DNA of 58,116 bases, the filler included, from Sphacelaria rigidula (lineage: Eukaryota): the NCBI GenBank assembly GCA_964200075.2. It is 8 parts of 8 records of this genome, joined end to end, with 100 filler letters (N's around TTAATTAATTAA, not from the genome) between each part and the next. Parts side by side here need not be neighbours in the genome. Positions count along the whole stretch, not along the records: positions 36,386 to 43,562 come from CAXNAA020016124.1; positions 43,663 to 50,839 come from CAXNAA020016125.1; 6 more parts are not named here. One strand, 5' to 3'. Below the pieces are notes generated by a model. It was not told the origin of the DNA. It did no database searches and was given only the letters and a program-made list of their open reading frames with translations. Both the position numbers and the translations under genes were made by a program. Shown piece after piece: positions 36,753 to 49,872 of this stretch (position 1 is its first letter; each line of letters opens with the position of its first letter).

Positions 36753-39700
36753 CTACTTGTCACCTCCCAAGTTCATGAAAAAACGTCTGCGTCTCGTAAA
36801 CAGGTTGATCAAGAGAGGTTTCATCGAAATATCAGCATGCTGCCATCCTGAGCCAACATGCACAACCCTGGCCTTTCCCGTCCCCAGCAGCTCTCGAATG
36901 AAGTGGTATCTTCATCTATGTGCTTACTCCTTTCGGAACTGAGGAGATTTTCGGCCAGAGCTTTTTCTCCCTCGTTGTCCTCGTACAAAACAATACCCTG
37001 GTCCTCCCCGCATCACGACACAGTCTGAGGTCGCAGGAACGTCAACACTGCCTTTACAAACAGTCCCTCGTTTGCCCCCTCGGATATTGCGACATACTCT
37101 GCCTCCGTAGTTGACAAAGTCACTCAATGTTGCGTGCGGCTCGTTGCCGACACTACCACACCAACGTACATTACGGCTACCCCTGATACCGAGCGCCTAT
37201 TCGTTCCCTTTTTTTACGTAGTCTGCATCGCAGTAAACTGAGAGCCTTTCATGTCCTTTCTTGGATGTAAGGCCAAACTCTTTCGTCTCGTCGAGAGATA
37301 CCTCAAAACTTCCACCACAGCTTCCCAGTGCCTCTCGCACGGATCATGCGACTGACGAGCGAGCGCTCGTACCGAATTCGCGATGTCGGGTCTGGTGACT
37401 GTTGCCGGCCATATCAGTCCCCCCACTGCGTTACGGTATGGACGATTCACCTTTTTGTCTTCGCCCGTTGTCGGCCCCAATTTTACAGAAATAGAGGTAG
37501 GAATTTCCAAGTACCCCCTCACCTCAAAACGCTTTAGGAGCATGTCCGTGAACGTGGTTTGCGTCACGGACAGCGTGACTCTATCCCAGTCTCTATCCAC
37601 TGCGCACTCCATGTATCAGGCGACCTCGCCGAGATTGTTCGTGGGGAACTTTTTGTTCAGGATTTTGCCCACCTTTCCTACGTTTTCCTCAGAACCACTG
37701 ATAAGGATGTCGTCCACAGGGACAACTAAAATCACACGTACGTCTCCTGCATCCTCCATCCCGAAAACACATGGGTCAGCCTTACACTGCACCATCCCGA
37801 CATCCTCCAGTAAAGTTTGGCACAGAGAACGATACCACTGCCTACCCGTTTGCTTGATCCCGTGAATAGATTTTTTCAGCTTCACGGTCATGTCTCTGTC
37901 AAAACTGAGTAACCTCAAGGCAACCTCATGTGTACGTCGGTATCCATCTTTGCTTGAACGAAAGCATGTGTCACGTCAAAATGATACAGCGGCCTCTCTT
38001 CCTGAACTGTCACTGCCATGACCAGTTTGATGGAGGCCATGGAAGGCGTTGCCGCGAAAGTCTCGAAATAGTCGACTGCAAAACGTTGTCCTAATCCTCG
38101 TGCTGCCAACCTTGCCTTTCCCTTCGTTGCAGCACTATCTGCGTCAGTTTTCCAACTAGAAGCCCACTTCGCTGAAATCACGTTTACTCCTTCCGGTACA
38201 GGGCCAGTCCAAAATGTTCCAGCCTTTTCATGATCGCCTAGTTCGGCCTGCATCGCACTTAACCATGCCTCTCGAAACTCTGATTTTGCTATGACATCCA
38301 TACTGGTGGGTACTGCCTCTATTTCGCTTACATGTAGGTCAACCGGTGAACGCAAACCGAATCCAGGCTGCCCTACTCTGTTTTCCTCAGCAACAAAACA
38401 AGAAAAACTCTTTTTCGGCTAACTCGTTTTGAGTCGAGGCGATTGCGTCTTGTCGGGCCACCTGTCCTGCTGCCGCGGTGATCATCTCCATGGTTGAGCA
38501 CTTGTCCTCCGCCATTCCCGCCAGCGCCATCTCCGCTTCCCTTTTGCTCTCCTCCGCTCCGCTAGCCACGAGCGTTTCACCTCGTGCGTGTGCCGATCTC
38601 ATGGGCTCGCGCGTTTGGCTCCTCGTACGCCCCGCCCTTGATGCTGGTAACCGGTCGGCCCACGCAAGACGGCGTTGCTCGGTCCTCGGGAGTTGAGGAG
38701 CGTCGCCGCCCCCCCCGCCGTCTTGCGAGGGACCCGTGGAAGAGGGTGACAGTGCAGGGGACGAGGGAGTGTCCGATGCCGATGTGAGCGTCGGCGTAGG
38801 TGTCTGCGCTGGTGTCAGCGTCGGCGTACGTGTCGGCGTCTGCGCTGGTGTCGGGGTCCGCGCTGATGTTGACGTCGATAATGATGATGATGATTCCGGC
38901 TCCGCCTCACCCCCTCCGTTGACGAAATCTAGAACGGGGATCTCTGGTATCATACCGCTTCCCCCCCCCCCTCGCGCGGACGATGAGGGCACTTTGCCCC
39001 CTCCACTACTCAAGGGGATCTGCGGTGCTACTCCGCTCCTCACACCCACGGAACTCGGCGGGGAGGACGGCGTGCTCGAGGAACTGCTGGACGAAGTATC
39101 CACTGTCGAGCTTTCCGTCATGTCTTCACTCACACCCTGGCTTTGATCGACGCTGGAATCATCAGCTTGCCCGGCGTATGGATCGCTTGCTGTAGTATGT
39201 GTGGGGGGGCAGCGGACGGAGGTGCCCATGTTACATGCCTTGACACGGTGATAGTTCCTCGTACAGTCAAAACGCGTACCGCGTCACGTGGGTAGCCTGG
39301 GGCTGGGCTCAAGTTCCAGCATTTTTCGGCCCTCGGCTGTAATTTATTTGTCTGCTTCCTCCTACAAAACCTAGGCTTCACGAACGGAATGAGATCACCG
39401 TCCGGTGGTGATCCATACCACATATCATGCGGTAATTTATGGTGCGGGTTAGCCGAGGTAGCGGTACAGTTCAGGGCGTGACACGCCCAATTTGCCTGTT
39501 CAGCCCATAGGCCTTCACCATTTGGGATGCGCTCATTTGGGTACAGCTCAGGTGCTTGGATGCTGGCCGCAAGGCCTGCTGTTTCGATGGTACCGCACGC
39601 TCGCTCTGCCACACCGTTGAACCGGGGTGAATCTGCAGTTGTCTCCTCCTGCTTGATCTTTTCCCTGTCGCACAGTTCACCAAATGCACCCTGCGAGAAT

Positions 39701-42266
39701 TCACCCCCGTCATCGCTACGGACAATCTCAATGTTTCTCGGAAAGACCCATGCAATGTATTTCGCGAAGTATTTCTCTGCCTCATACTTCTTCCGGAGGA
39801 AATACAGCTTTGTGTGCCGTGAGTGATCATCTCAGTCTATCATCGTGTACGACTTCCCCCATAAGACTTGACTGGTTTCGGCCCAGAAAGATCTACAAAC
39901 ACCCTGGACGCTGACTTAGCTACTCTCGTGTGCGTCGATCTTAGAATCGGCGTTCTCTGCCTCATCCTTCTTCCGGAGGAAATACAGCTTTGTGTGCCGT
40001 GAGTGATCATCTCAGTCTATCATCGTGTACGACTTCCCCCATAAGACTTGACTGGTTTCGGCCCGGAAAGATCTACAAACACCCTGGACGCTGACTTAGC
40101 TACTCTCGTGTGCGTCGATCTTAGAATCGGCGCCCGCAGTCCCTTCGCCTCTGAGCAGCCGCGTCAGGGCTACAGCTCCCCAGCCAGCTGCTTTTCCTGC
40201 TGCTTCGCCGTCTTTCGCAGTACATCCTCGTGGACATGGGCGTGGGCACAGTGAAATTCGTTGATGTTGGCGACTTGGGGGCTAGGCGAAGCCCCCGGGT
40301 CAATAACAGCATATGCCGAAGCACACTTGTCACTACCACTTTGGTCGAGGCGGCGGGCGTACATTTTCAGTTGACGCGGTTGTCCGGGTACTAACAGTGT
40401 ATTGCCTGAATTGAGATCTACCCTAAAACCTGTACGAAAACCAGTGTAGGTGTGTCCTATGTGTTGGACCCTCGTGAGTGACAAGAGGTGATGACGGACA
40501 CGAGGTACATGGTCAACATCCACTAATTTCAGGATAACATCCTATCCGTCAGATGTGAAGGCAAGAGACAAATTTCCTCTGCCTGCGATCGGGTAAGTAC
40601 TACCTCCTGCGCACCGTCGTACCCTACCCTTGCACTCTCTGTACTTCGTCATCCCACGGGAATCGTGGGAGAAGTGCTGGGTAGCCCCCGTGTCAAATAC
40701 CCACGGTTCGCCCTCACCCTGCTGACTATCACCCCCTGCCCAACATTCAATGCATACTCGCCTGTGTCACTATTGATGGTGGTGTCGAAAGAGGTGAAAG
40801 CCTCCCCATCCATCACCGAACCAACGGAGGAGCTGCCGCTGTCGTCGGCCGCGCCCATCGCCATCACCACGTCTTCTTTCTTCGCTGTCGATTTCGGACA
40901 GTCCCAGAATGTGTGCCCCTGCTGACCGCACCTCCCGCAGTATCTCTTTGGGCAGTTCCTGGCTCGGTGTGTCGTGTCCTCGTCGCAAATGTGGCAGCGG
41001 AGCAGCTTCCCAGTCACCGGTTTGCCGTCCGACGAGGCAGACCCATAGCTAGTTGAACTCTGGCTCCCGCTGTTTTTCTGACCAGAGCCATGGGGTTTCC
41101 CGCTTTTTCCCTTGCGGTGTGCACCGCTCGGTTTTTCGGTCCCACCCCTCGCAAGGAGAGCCTGGTCGCCCGGGGATGGCCTCTTTCTCCGGGCAAGTTC
41201 CTGCTTCAAACATGTCGATTCGAAGAGTTTTCGGATCGAAGTCAACACGACCTCCCGTGTCAGCGGTCCCTCTCGATCCTTCAGCAGTTGCTTCTGAATG
41301 TGATACTCGAAGGGCAATGCATTGAGGAATTTCAAGAGGATATGGGTTTTGCTTAGTCGTTCATGCTCCTCGTATGAGTTAAGGTTACGTGCAATTTCCT
41401 CCATCTCGGGCAGCTTCTGCTCTGGATCATCACGGACGCCAATCTTGACTCCATCCAACGTTTCCAACAAAGCGGTTCTCGCACCATTTGTTTTGGGGCG
41501 AGAGACATCCCCGACCTTTCTTCAAAGCACATCAGGTGAGTGGACTCTGACAAAATATCTTGTCCCCTTTTTCCTTCTAAAGTAGCAACAAGCATCCGCC
41601 TGGCCCTCACGTTGGCTGCCACGGTGCCCTTCCCGTGTCTACTTTCCAGATACCCCAGCGCTGTAATTCAGAGTTCGCGGCATCTACGTCGTGCGAAGTA
41701 TCGCCGGCCATGGTAAACACCCAGTCAATTTCTTCGGCTCTCGCGAAGTTGACCATCTTATGTCTGTACCGAGCATAATCAGCGTTTTTCCCTGAGAATA
41801 TTGGGACGTTCTGTCGAGAAACGGGAACCCTTGACACATTTCCACTTGTTCCGTTTACTTGGATTGACTCACGTGCGGGGACACAGCCCCTAGCTCCGTC
41901 ACTTGTGACCTCGTTGTCGGTTGCGTCGCGCGCCCCTTCCTCTGGAACAGCTTGACTCCCGATGTACCGTTGGTCTCTTCGAACTCCGGCATCACGTCGC
42001 TCCACTGTTGTATTCGAATTGAATCCCCCCTGTCGACTATGGGAACCATCACTATCGAGGACGCCATTGGTGTTTGCGCCCCCGGCCTCTTTTTCTACCC
42101 TCATATCGTCCATGTTACTCTGTAATTCAGCTTGGTTTAGCTGTAAATCGCGCATTGGCTGAGCCATGGAACTCATCTGACCATTCACCTCCCGCAACTG
42201 CTCCATAAAACCCTGCTCACCGATTACTGTAGCAGGCCTACTACCCTGTTCTGCCATTCTGCCCAC
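36753..42266 (-). mobile_element. Decayed Ty1/Copia LTR retrotransposon (gag-PR-IN-RT-RNase H)
   Basis: Two CCHC knuckles (CHIC..H..C, CGRCGQQGHTFWDC); protease WVFDTGATQH (~40670-40705); GAG-pre-integrase; integrase AERACGT; RT KARLAARG, FDVTHAFV, LKKSIHGIKQ, PVDDILI, TRPDI; RNase H RSKHID..YHFIRE. Many stops and frameshifts; LTR pair not identified. Confidence 0.95.
39773..40132. repeat. 180-bp tandem duplication inside the Copia integrase
   Basis: 39773-39952 vs 39953-40132, about 2 mismatches. Confidence 0.95.
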
Positions 42267-42526
42267 CCGGTTGTAACACTAGTGTATTCCGTGGCCCGTG
42301 GCGAAGGATAGATAGTGTTATCTTTTTTATTTTTTGGAGAGTGCCTTGACGGAGTCGACCCTATGGTAGAGGGACCAGATGTGGAGTGCGCTCAGGTGAC
42401 AGCATAGCAGCCGGCCCGAGCGTGGTACTGTAGTCACACACACCTGACAACCAGTACCCGTGCGTCCGCATAAATTTATGCGCACATGTACATGTTTACT
42501 CAGTGTACCCGTTCACGTGATGAACA

Positions 42527-42570
42527 GTGGTCGATGGTCAAACGACTAAGGCAAGCAACAAATGAGTACG
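42527..42570 (+). mobile_element. 3' part of a poly(C)-site insertion
   Basis: GTGGTCGATGGTCAAACGACTAAGGCAAGCAACAAATGAGTACG followed by a C-rich tract; left TSD not visible. Confidence 0.6.
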
Positions 42571-44198
42571 CCTCCCCCCTTCCCCCCTCTCCCCCCCCCC
42601 GAAAATGATCGAAGGCACGTGCGGACGGTACTTCCCTCGGGTTCTTGTCGCATACTGGCTAGCCTCCTCAAACCTCATTTCATTGATCAACCTCACTTTA
42701 TAGAATCCCCTGTTACTTGTCCCCAGCTACCACCGAAACCCTGCGGCAAAGAGCACGAGCTAGCAACAGGGATATAGGTACACTCTGCCGTAGTTGGATA
42801 TTATGTATTTTATGTTGGTCAAACTTTGAACTTGAGCATCTTCTTTCATGGTCGCGGCATCGCACGGCGACCAAACAACATACGGTAGGTTGCGGGCAAT
42901 AACCGGCTTATTGCATACACACTCAATCATGGACAGTGCAGGCAGTACAAAGCTGCTCACGCTGTTCAAGTCCCTTTCACGTCGCATTGTGAGCAGAAAA
43001 TAAACGTAGCCCTGCCCTGTCTGTACCGTATTTTGCCCGCCTCTCTTTCGCGTCCTACTGACTGCAGTTGTGCGCATGCTGCAAAACCGTGGTGATGTAT
43101 AATGCAGTAGCTGACGGTATATAACACCCCCATATATCCAAAGTTATAGATATCCATTTTGAATGGCTACACGTAGCTCATACGCCGCGCTATCTCTGCC
43201 ACATATTGCACCTCACGTATATAAGCACGATATGGTACTGTCCTGCACGGTATTGTACTGTCCAGTACAGCACTAGAGCAACGCTACGGTAGGGATGCAC
43301 TTTTTTCGCGATTATGTCTGAGGTCTCCCCGCGCTGTGTTTTTGGACATGTGACATGTGAATCGCGCGTGCAACCGTCAATCCGGCCCAAACCTGAGAAA
43401 GTTCAAGTAATTAGTGTCTCATCTCCAACAGCAGTTGCTCCCCTGCACCTAGACATGTTAATATACCGAAATTCGTACCTGCGTACAACCCGCACTTTAA
43501 CAACAAATTGTGAGAATTGAGGTTTAACTTCGAGATGAGGCTCAAGCCTAAAACAGTGCTTTNNNNNNNNNNNNNNNNNNNNNNNNNNNNNNNNNNNNNN
43601 NNNNNNTTAATTAATTAANNNNNNNNNNNNNNNNNNNNNNNNNNNNNNNNNNNNNNNNNNNNCAACTCTAAATGTATAAAAGAGCATGGGCCTGCAAACT
43701 TCAAATCCGCCTCTAGGCTGGCCCAGCTCGTATACACCAGGTGAAATCTTGGTTAACTTCTTGAGACTAACTACAGGTTCATCTCGAAGAACGCGAGGCG
43801 TCAAAAAGTCCGTATATATATATATATATATGTATTGAATATCTAGTGCGGTATCCACACATATATTCAACAATGAATCATCAATCAACAATTTTCAGCG
43901 TCACCGCGGTAACCTACGGACTACTGTAAAAATAATAATGAATTCTGCATACTTCTGGATTTCATTCATTCACGACGATCGAGGCGAAAAAAAAAAACGT
44001 TGGGATACACTTCACAATGAAGAAAAAAAAAACATTCAAGTGAATTGCTATGGTAGTGCGCTACACTCACGACAAACCAAACTTCTCCAAATATATCGCC
44101 AGGCGAGCTGCATGCTCTGAATAAAAATGCATTACACTCATCGGTCGATGAGACAGGATGTGGTAGAACATGACCGTATACTATCGGGGTACACTTAC

Positions 44199-47100
44199 AA
44201 AGGCGTCGGCGAGGGAACTGAGCGTCACCGGGAAGAAGTACAGCGGGAATCTCAGCTGGTTGAACAGCGCGAGGGCGGTGAACACTTTGGAAGGAGTCAT
44301 GGGGTTTCCAAGCGCACTGTCGTAGTTTGAGGAGGATGGCGAAACGCGGCAGGAGAAGGGCAAGTGGCACACGAGATCCATAAGCAAAGGACACGGGAAG
44401 GAAACAACGAGGTATGAAGATATACATGAAGAGATCGCAGAGGTTTGTTTGGTCGATTGATTGGCTGTTTGATTATTTGATCTATTGCATGGATGATCGA
44501 ATGTCGTACCACAACTGACCCTTCGGGGATTCAACCGTGGTCACACGATGGAACCTAATCGAGATGCAAACAAGACGAAAACATTTGCTGAAGAAAAGAA
44601 AAGAAAAGAAAAAGACAGACAAGTAGAAGAGGCAACACAGAGTAGACTGACTCAAGGTACACAGGAAGAACAGCAAACGTACGTCGGAAGGGTTGAAGAT
44701 GGTACGCGTGGAGGAATCAAGGAGGCACATGGACAAGAAATCAAAAAGGTCAATGGGAAGAGATAAAAAAAAAAGTACGCGGGGAGAGATCAGAAGGACA
44801 CATTGGAAGGAATCAAAAGGGTACAAACGAAGGCATGAGAAGGGTACATGGGAAAGGGAATAAAAGGGCACATGGGGAGAAGTGAAAAGGGTAAAAGAGG
44901 GTGAAAAAAGAGGTACATAGGAATAGAAAAAAATTACAAGGGGAGGGCGTCGAAAAGGTACACGGGAAGGCTAGGGCCATTGTTCAATTGTCATTTTCTG
45001 GACCCCGTACATTGTCAAGGCAAACTACAGTGGGTATTGTGTGGGCGCTCGAGTTGAGCGTCTCGGATCGTGGAAGTAATGATTGCAACACGCACAATCT
45101 GCTACAATTGATAGCCACAGAGAGAAGTCCATATCCCCTGTTGCGGGGCACACACAAGCAAGCTGTTGGATCTGGGGCATGATCTCTTCTGGATCTTATC
45201 TAGGAGACCCCGAAATTACGGAAACACGGGAACGTCAGGAACGTGCTCTCCACGAATATTCCTGAACCAGATCAATAGCCACACATATGCGCAGTCGGGC
45301 AGTTGACTTATTGCGAGCAGACAGAACAGATATACCGTATGAAGCAAAAAGGAGGGAAACAGCGACGGGACGGGACAGGCCGGCAAATATAAATATACTG
45401 ATCATGATGACAATGATAATGAGTACTAATAACAAGTAGTGATGAGCCATGGCTGACGCGCGTGGCAGCAGTGCCGCAGCCATCAACGCCACGGGTCTCA
45501 CACGAGTGGAGTTTTTGAATCAACTGGCGAAAAACAAAAAATAACCTTGGCAATAACCATAATTCGTCAGTAGAAGCACACGATGACCTCCGAACCCACG
45601 GCTGACCGTACCCACTACGAAAGAAGGAAGGAAGTCTGACCGTGTTTTTGGCGCCAACCCGCACCGCTACATTCATGGAGAATCTACCCCGAAGAAGCAA
45701 GCACCAAACTGAGTAGAATGGCGCCCCGTCACTCATCTAGGCCCCCACGGGATGCACAGCAACCAAGTCAAATCACATCGATTCCGAGCTCGTCGATCCT
45801 CGCCGGCAGTAATGAGGCGTCAGCCGCCTATATCGCATGGGCAACATGCTGGCTATATCCATCAACTCGAGGGCAAAAAGGTTTCGTTGAAGGCCATCAT
45901 GGCTCATTCCTTGCGCGTATCGACGGCGTACCCGTTGGGGTTGAGGGTGTTTGCTGCGTTGACATCATGCCGTTGAAACGCTTGGCGGTAGCCATTTCTG
46001 AAACGCTTGGCGGTAGCCACTCACGATATTTTCCAACCCCGCTGGCCTGTCGTACCCGTCGTAGTGCGGACAGACCACGAATTAACGATGACCATGTACA
46101 ACCACGAGTTGGTCGCTCTGGGCTGGCACATGGACAACCATGCCTCTAGCGTCCGATTCCCGGAGTGTATAACTTGACCGAACTAAATGCAGCCACTTCC
46201 TGGTTTCCCTCGCTCTCCTGGTACCTATCGCCTTCTCGCCCTTGCTTCCCTTCCTCGTTGGCCTCCTCTACCTTCACGCGGCGATGGTGCACCCCTCCTT
46301 GCTGAGGGGGGGAGTACTCATTTGATGCTTGCCTCAGTCGTTTGACCATTGACCACGCATCCCTTTCGAGACGGAGCACAGCTGAGGAGGGGGGGGCTCC
46401 ATCCTTTCCTCTTCTTCCCGTTTTTCATGCTGCCCCACCCCACCCTCCCGTTCTTAGCTGCCCTCCCATACGTGCACGCGGTGAGGGCATATCCCCTTGC
46501 CGATCGGGCAGGAGATGCTGTGGGACCCTCTGGAAAGAATGACGCGCGGTAGCGGAGCCGTCCGGCACCTCCCCATAAACGATGTTGTCGGTGCAAGTAG
46601 CCGCGGTGCGTTCGAGCAAGGGCGTTTCGCCGTCGCTGGTTGCGATGTAGAGATCGTTTGGCGAAGTCGCGACGTACAACTGACCATGAGAGAAGACCGG
46701 GGTCGGCAGGTAGACGCCAACGCGGTCGAGACTATGCCCCTGAGCCTTGTTGATGGCCGCCGCGAAAGTAGGGGCAATGGGCAACTGGCGAAGTTTGAAG
46801 ACGACGAGAAGTTCGTCGTCGTTGTTCATCACTATACGCGGGACGGAGGCGATAGTATCCCTGTGAGGCCCTGCAGACATGCGGAGGCGGAGAAACCCCC
46901 GGTGTGGCATGCAGTAGTTCGAACCTCATTTCATTGAAAATATCCACGGTGGAATTGATGCTTCGCAGTAGAATGGAGGGAGCTGTGAGATTCAGCACCA
47001 CCTCGTGCGCGGCCATCCCGGCGTGCGTGAGGAAGTAGAGGAACTCCGGTGTGTATATCTATGATGCGCTGTCTGACGTAGACTGACAGCTACTGGCGTA

Positions 47101-49872
47101 CCTGATATCATGGGTAATAACCCTCTGCACCATCTCCGCCGCGCGTTGAAGGTTACCCTCGCAAAGCTCAGAGAACTTGTTGAGGCGATACCCCAGTTTT
47201 CGATATTGGTGTATGGTCCCCGAGTTCACGGGTAATGATCCTCTGGACCATCTCCGCCGCGCGTTGAGGGTCACCTTGCCGAAGCTCAGAGAACTTGTTG
47301 AGGCGATACCCCAGTTTTCGATATTGGTGTATAGTACCCGAGTTCACGGGTAATGATCCTCTGCACCATCTCCGCCGCGCGTTGAGGGTCACCCTCCCGA
47401 AGCTCAGAGAACTTGTTGAGGCGATACCCCAGTTTTCGATATTGGTGTATAGTACCCGAGTTCACGAGTAATAACCCTCTGCACCATCTCCGCCGCGCGT
47501 TAAAGGTCACCCTCTCGAAGCTCGGAGAACTTGTTGAGGCGATACCCCAGTTGCTCGTCCTCCTCGGGGTAGACGTAGATCTGAGAGTACCGGAGAGTAT
47601 AGTCTTGGCACAGCGAGTGGACATTGCTGAGATAGTGATGAAATTGCCTTTTTACAACAGAGATGTATGGACCATTGCTCTGGAAATGGAGTAGTTCAGG
47701 AGGATCGCCGGCGGACGCATCCCCCCAGAAGGAAAACGCCAAGGCGGAGTTCATTATTCTGATGATGGTGAAGAAAGATCGCGACAGCGGGTTCGCCGGA
47801 GACTCGAGCTCAGCCAGCTCTGGTGGCGGATTGAGCGGCAACGGCCCAAGCCTCACCTTTCTTTTGCTGCAGACAGACGGAAGAGGTTTCGCCCTCGCCT
47901 GCTTCTCTACTGCACCGCAACTACCGGTGCTACAGTACCACCACTTGAAGACTGCGCTCGCTTAACCTCTTGACCGCGAGAGTAGGTCATCTGTTGAATC
48001 GGCATACCTGCACTTGAAAAACGTATGCATGATCCCGATGGACTACCCTTGCGGCCAAGGGTTTAATCGGGATTTTTTCGTAGGCGACTTGGCATTGCCC
48101 AACGGCCAATAGTTCGCAACTCCAGCGGTGGCATGAGCATCGCTTGCGGGGCAGGCATTGCCCAATGCCCTAGTCCGCAGCTGCCCTGCCCAAAGCCCAA
48201 TAATCCGCAAAGCGCTAAGCGACAACCAACTGCCCGCCACAAGCCACAAGTCAACTGTAAACTGTGGAGAGGTGGTCATGCATCAAGTGAGCATGAGTGA
48301 TCATGTGAACGCATTGCTCACGCCATGGCACCCCCTCCATCTGTCGCGGATGGATGTGATGGGGAAAGGGCTCACTCACGGAGAAAAGATCCAAATCTAC
48401 GCCAGCATTTACAATCCCATGAAGTTCACGACTCGGGAAGCGGAGCTTGCCTGCGGCAAAGTTCAAATAACGCCCCGGATAGCGGAGTAAAAGACGCAGG
48501 AAGAGCTTCGGTTCCCATCAAACTCACGAAGACGCATATCCACGCCAACGTTTGCAAGGCCATGAAATTCACGACTTGGGAAGCGGGATGGGAACCCGAG
48601 CTCTGCCTATGCTTTTTCCTCCGCCATGCGAGGCGCTATTTGAACTTTGCCGCGGGCAAGCTCCGCTTCCCGAGTCGTGAACTTCATGACCATGTGAATG
48701 TTGGCGTGGATATGGATATTTTCTCCGTGAGTACGTCCTTTCCCACCACATCCATCTACGACAGATGGAGGGGTGCTACGGCTTGAGCAGTGCGTCCACA
48801 TGATCACTCCTTTTAACTTGATGCATGACCAACTCTCGACAGTTTACAGTTGACTTGTGGCTTGTGGCGGGCAGTTGGTTGTCGCTCAGCGCCTTGCGGA
48901 TTATTGGGCGTTGGGCAGGGCAGCTGCGGAAAAGTTCAAATAACGCCCCTGATGACCGAGGAAAAGGCGCGGGAAGAGCTTGGGTTCCCAGCCTGAGACG
49001 CCCCCCCCCCCCCCCTCTTCTGCCCGCCGGTGGTGCTTCTGCTGGACGGTCTGACGGTACGTCTTCACCCTCGACGCCCGTGCCCTCCCGAGCCGGGCAG
49101 CCTCCCCCATCACCCATTATCCCCCTTCCCCCTCCTCGTACAAGCATGGGCCGTGGTGTAGGCGAGGACACCGACGCCTGTTCTGACTGAGCATGACTGT
49201 ATACACACTCAAAACATTTAGATGAAACCCTGGTGTTCATTCATCATCACCCAAGACCGAAAAGAAAACTGCATCTGAGTCGGTGAGCATTGGTGAGCAC
49301 GGTGCGAGGTGTAGGAGGCAGTCGGCAAGCAGCCTTCCGCGGAACGTTCATGCTGCCAAGCTGCACATTTGTTCTGTGTAGATGTAGTACTTTTTTTCGT
49401 CTCGGGTACCTTGACAGGTTTCCCTCGCAGTGAAGCAGAACGGAATACTTTAGAGTAGGGTGCATTACATGGTTGACAACAGTTGACAGTGACTTTTGTT
49501 CCTCCTGCAGACAGACGGTATTGGGAAGAAGAAATCCGATGGATGATTTCTGTCATGACTGAAGAAGCATCCAAAAAAGGCTTCACTGGGCACTTGATTA
49601 AAAACCGGGGCGGAGAGACATTTCGCTATTAATACATGTGAACAGTCGTTATCAACATATACAATGACCTTTTACCTGTAGAGTCCCAGGGTGATGACGA
49701 TAACAACCGCGGGCGTGGTGCTGAGCACAGAGACCAGCAGGGACCTCAACGTCGTGGAGCGTTTGAGAATACCCAGCTCGGCGTTGTGTATACTTTCCAC
49801 TCTCTTCCTGAAGGGGGTCTCCCAGTTGTAAAACTTAATCGCTCGGATGCCTTGCAGCATTTCGTTCACCAT
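44199..49872 (-). CDS. ABC transporter C family (MRP-like), two TMD1 exons (49872-49676, 44316-44199)
   Basis: MVNEMLQGIRAIKFYNWETPF...ITLGLY-S-ALGNPMTPSKVFTALALFNQLRFPL; GT-AG boundaries, phase-2 join, 5,359-bp intron. Confidence 0.93.
46313..46380 (-). mobile_element. Short poly(C)-site insertion (68 bp)
   Basis: Flanked by GCTGAGGGGGGG (46301-46312) / GCTGAGGAGGGG (46381-46392); minus-strand end ...AAATGAGTACT followed by a C run. Confidence 0.75.
46560..47945 (-). mobile_element. Internally deleted Helitron (Rep N-terminal part + PIF1 helicase C-terminus)
   Basis: IRIMNSALAF..GP..QFHH..YSQIYVY (Helitron N-terminal region); PEFL..HEVVLN..ILLRSIN and RQLPIAPTFAAAINKAQGHSLDRVGVYLPTPVFSHGQLYVATS..NIVYGEV (PIF1 C-terminal motifs). 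Confidence 0.9.
47113..47552. repeat. 118-bp tandem repeat, ~3.7 copies
   Basis: Units start at 47113, 47231, 47349 and 47467. Confidence 0.95.
47966..48062. mobile_element. piggyBac-like MITE, copy 2
   Basis: TTAA|CCTCTTGACCGC...GCGGCCAAGGGT|TTAA; internal match to 15611-15710. Confidence 0.7.
48175..48929. repeat. Long inverted repeat (~345-bp arms, ~70-bp spacer)
   Basis: 48175-48519 vs reverse complement of 48587-48929; further partial copy at 48931-48992. Confidence 0.9.

Noticed and set aside
42280-42526. 5' LTR of the Copia element
   Set aside because: No matching sequence downstream of RNase H (36480-36750), so an LTR pair cannot be supported.
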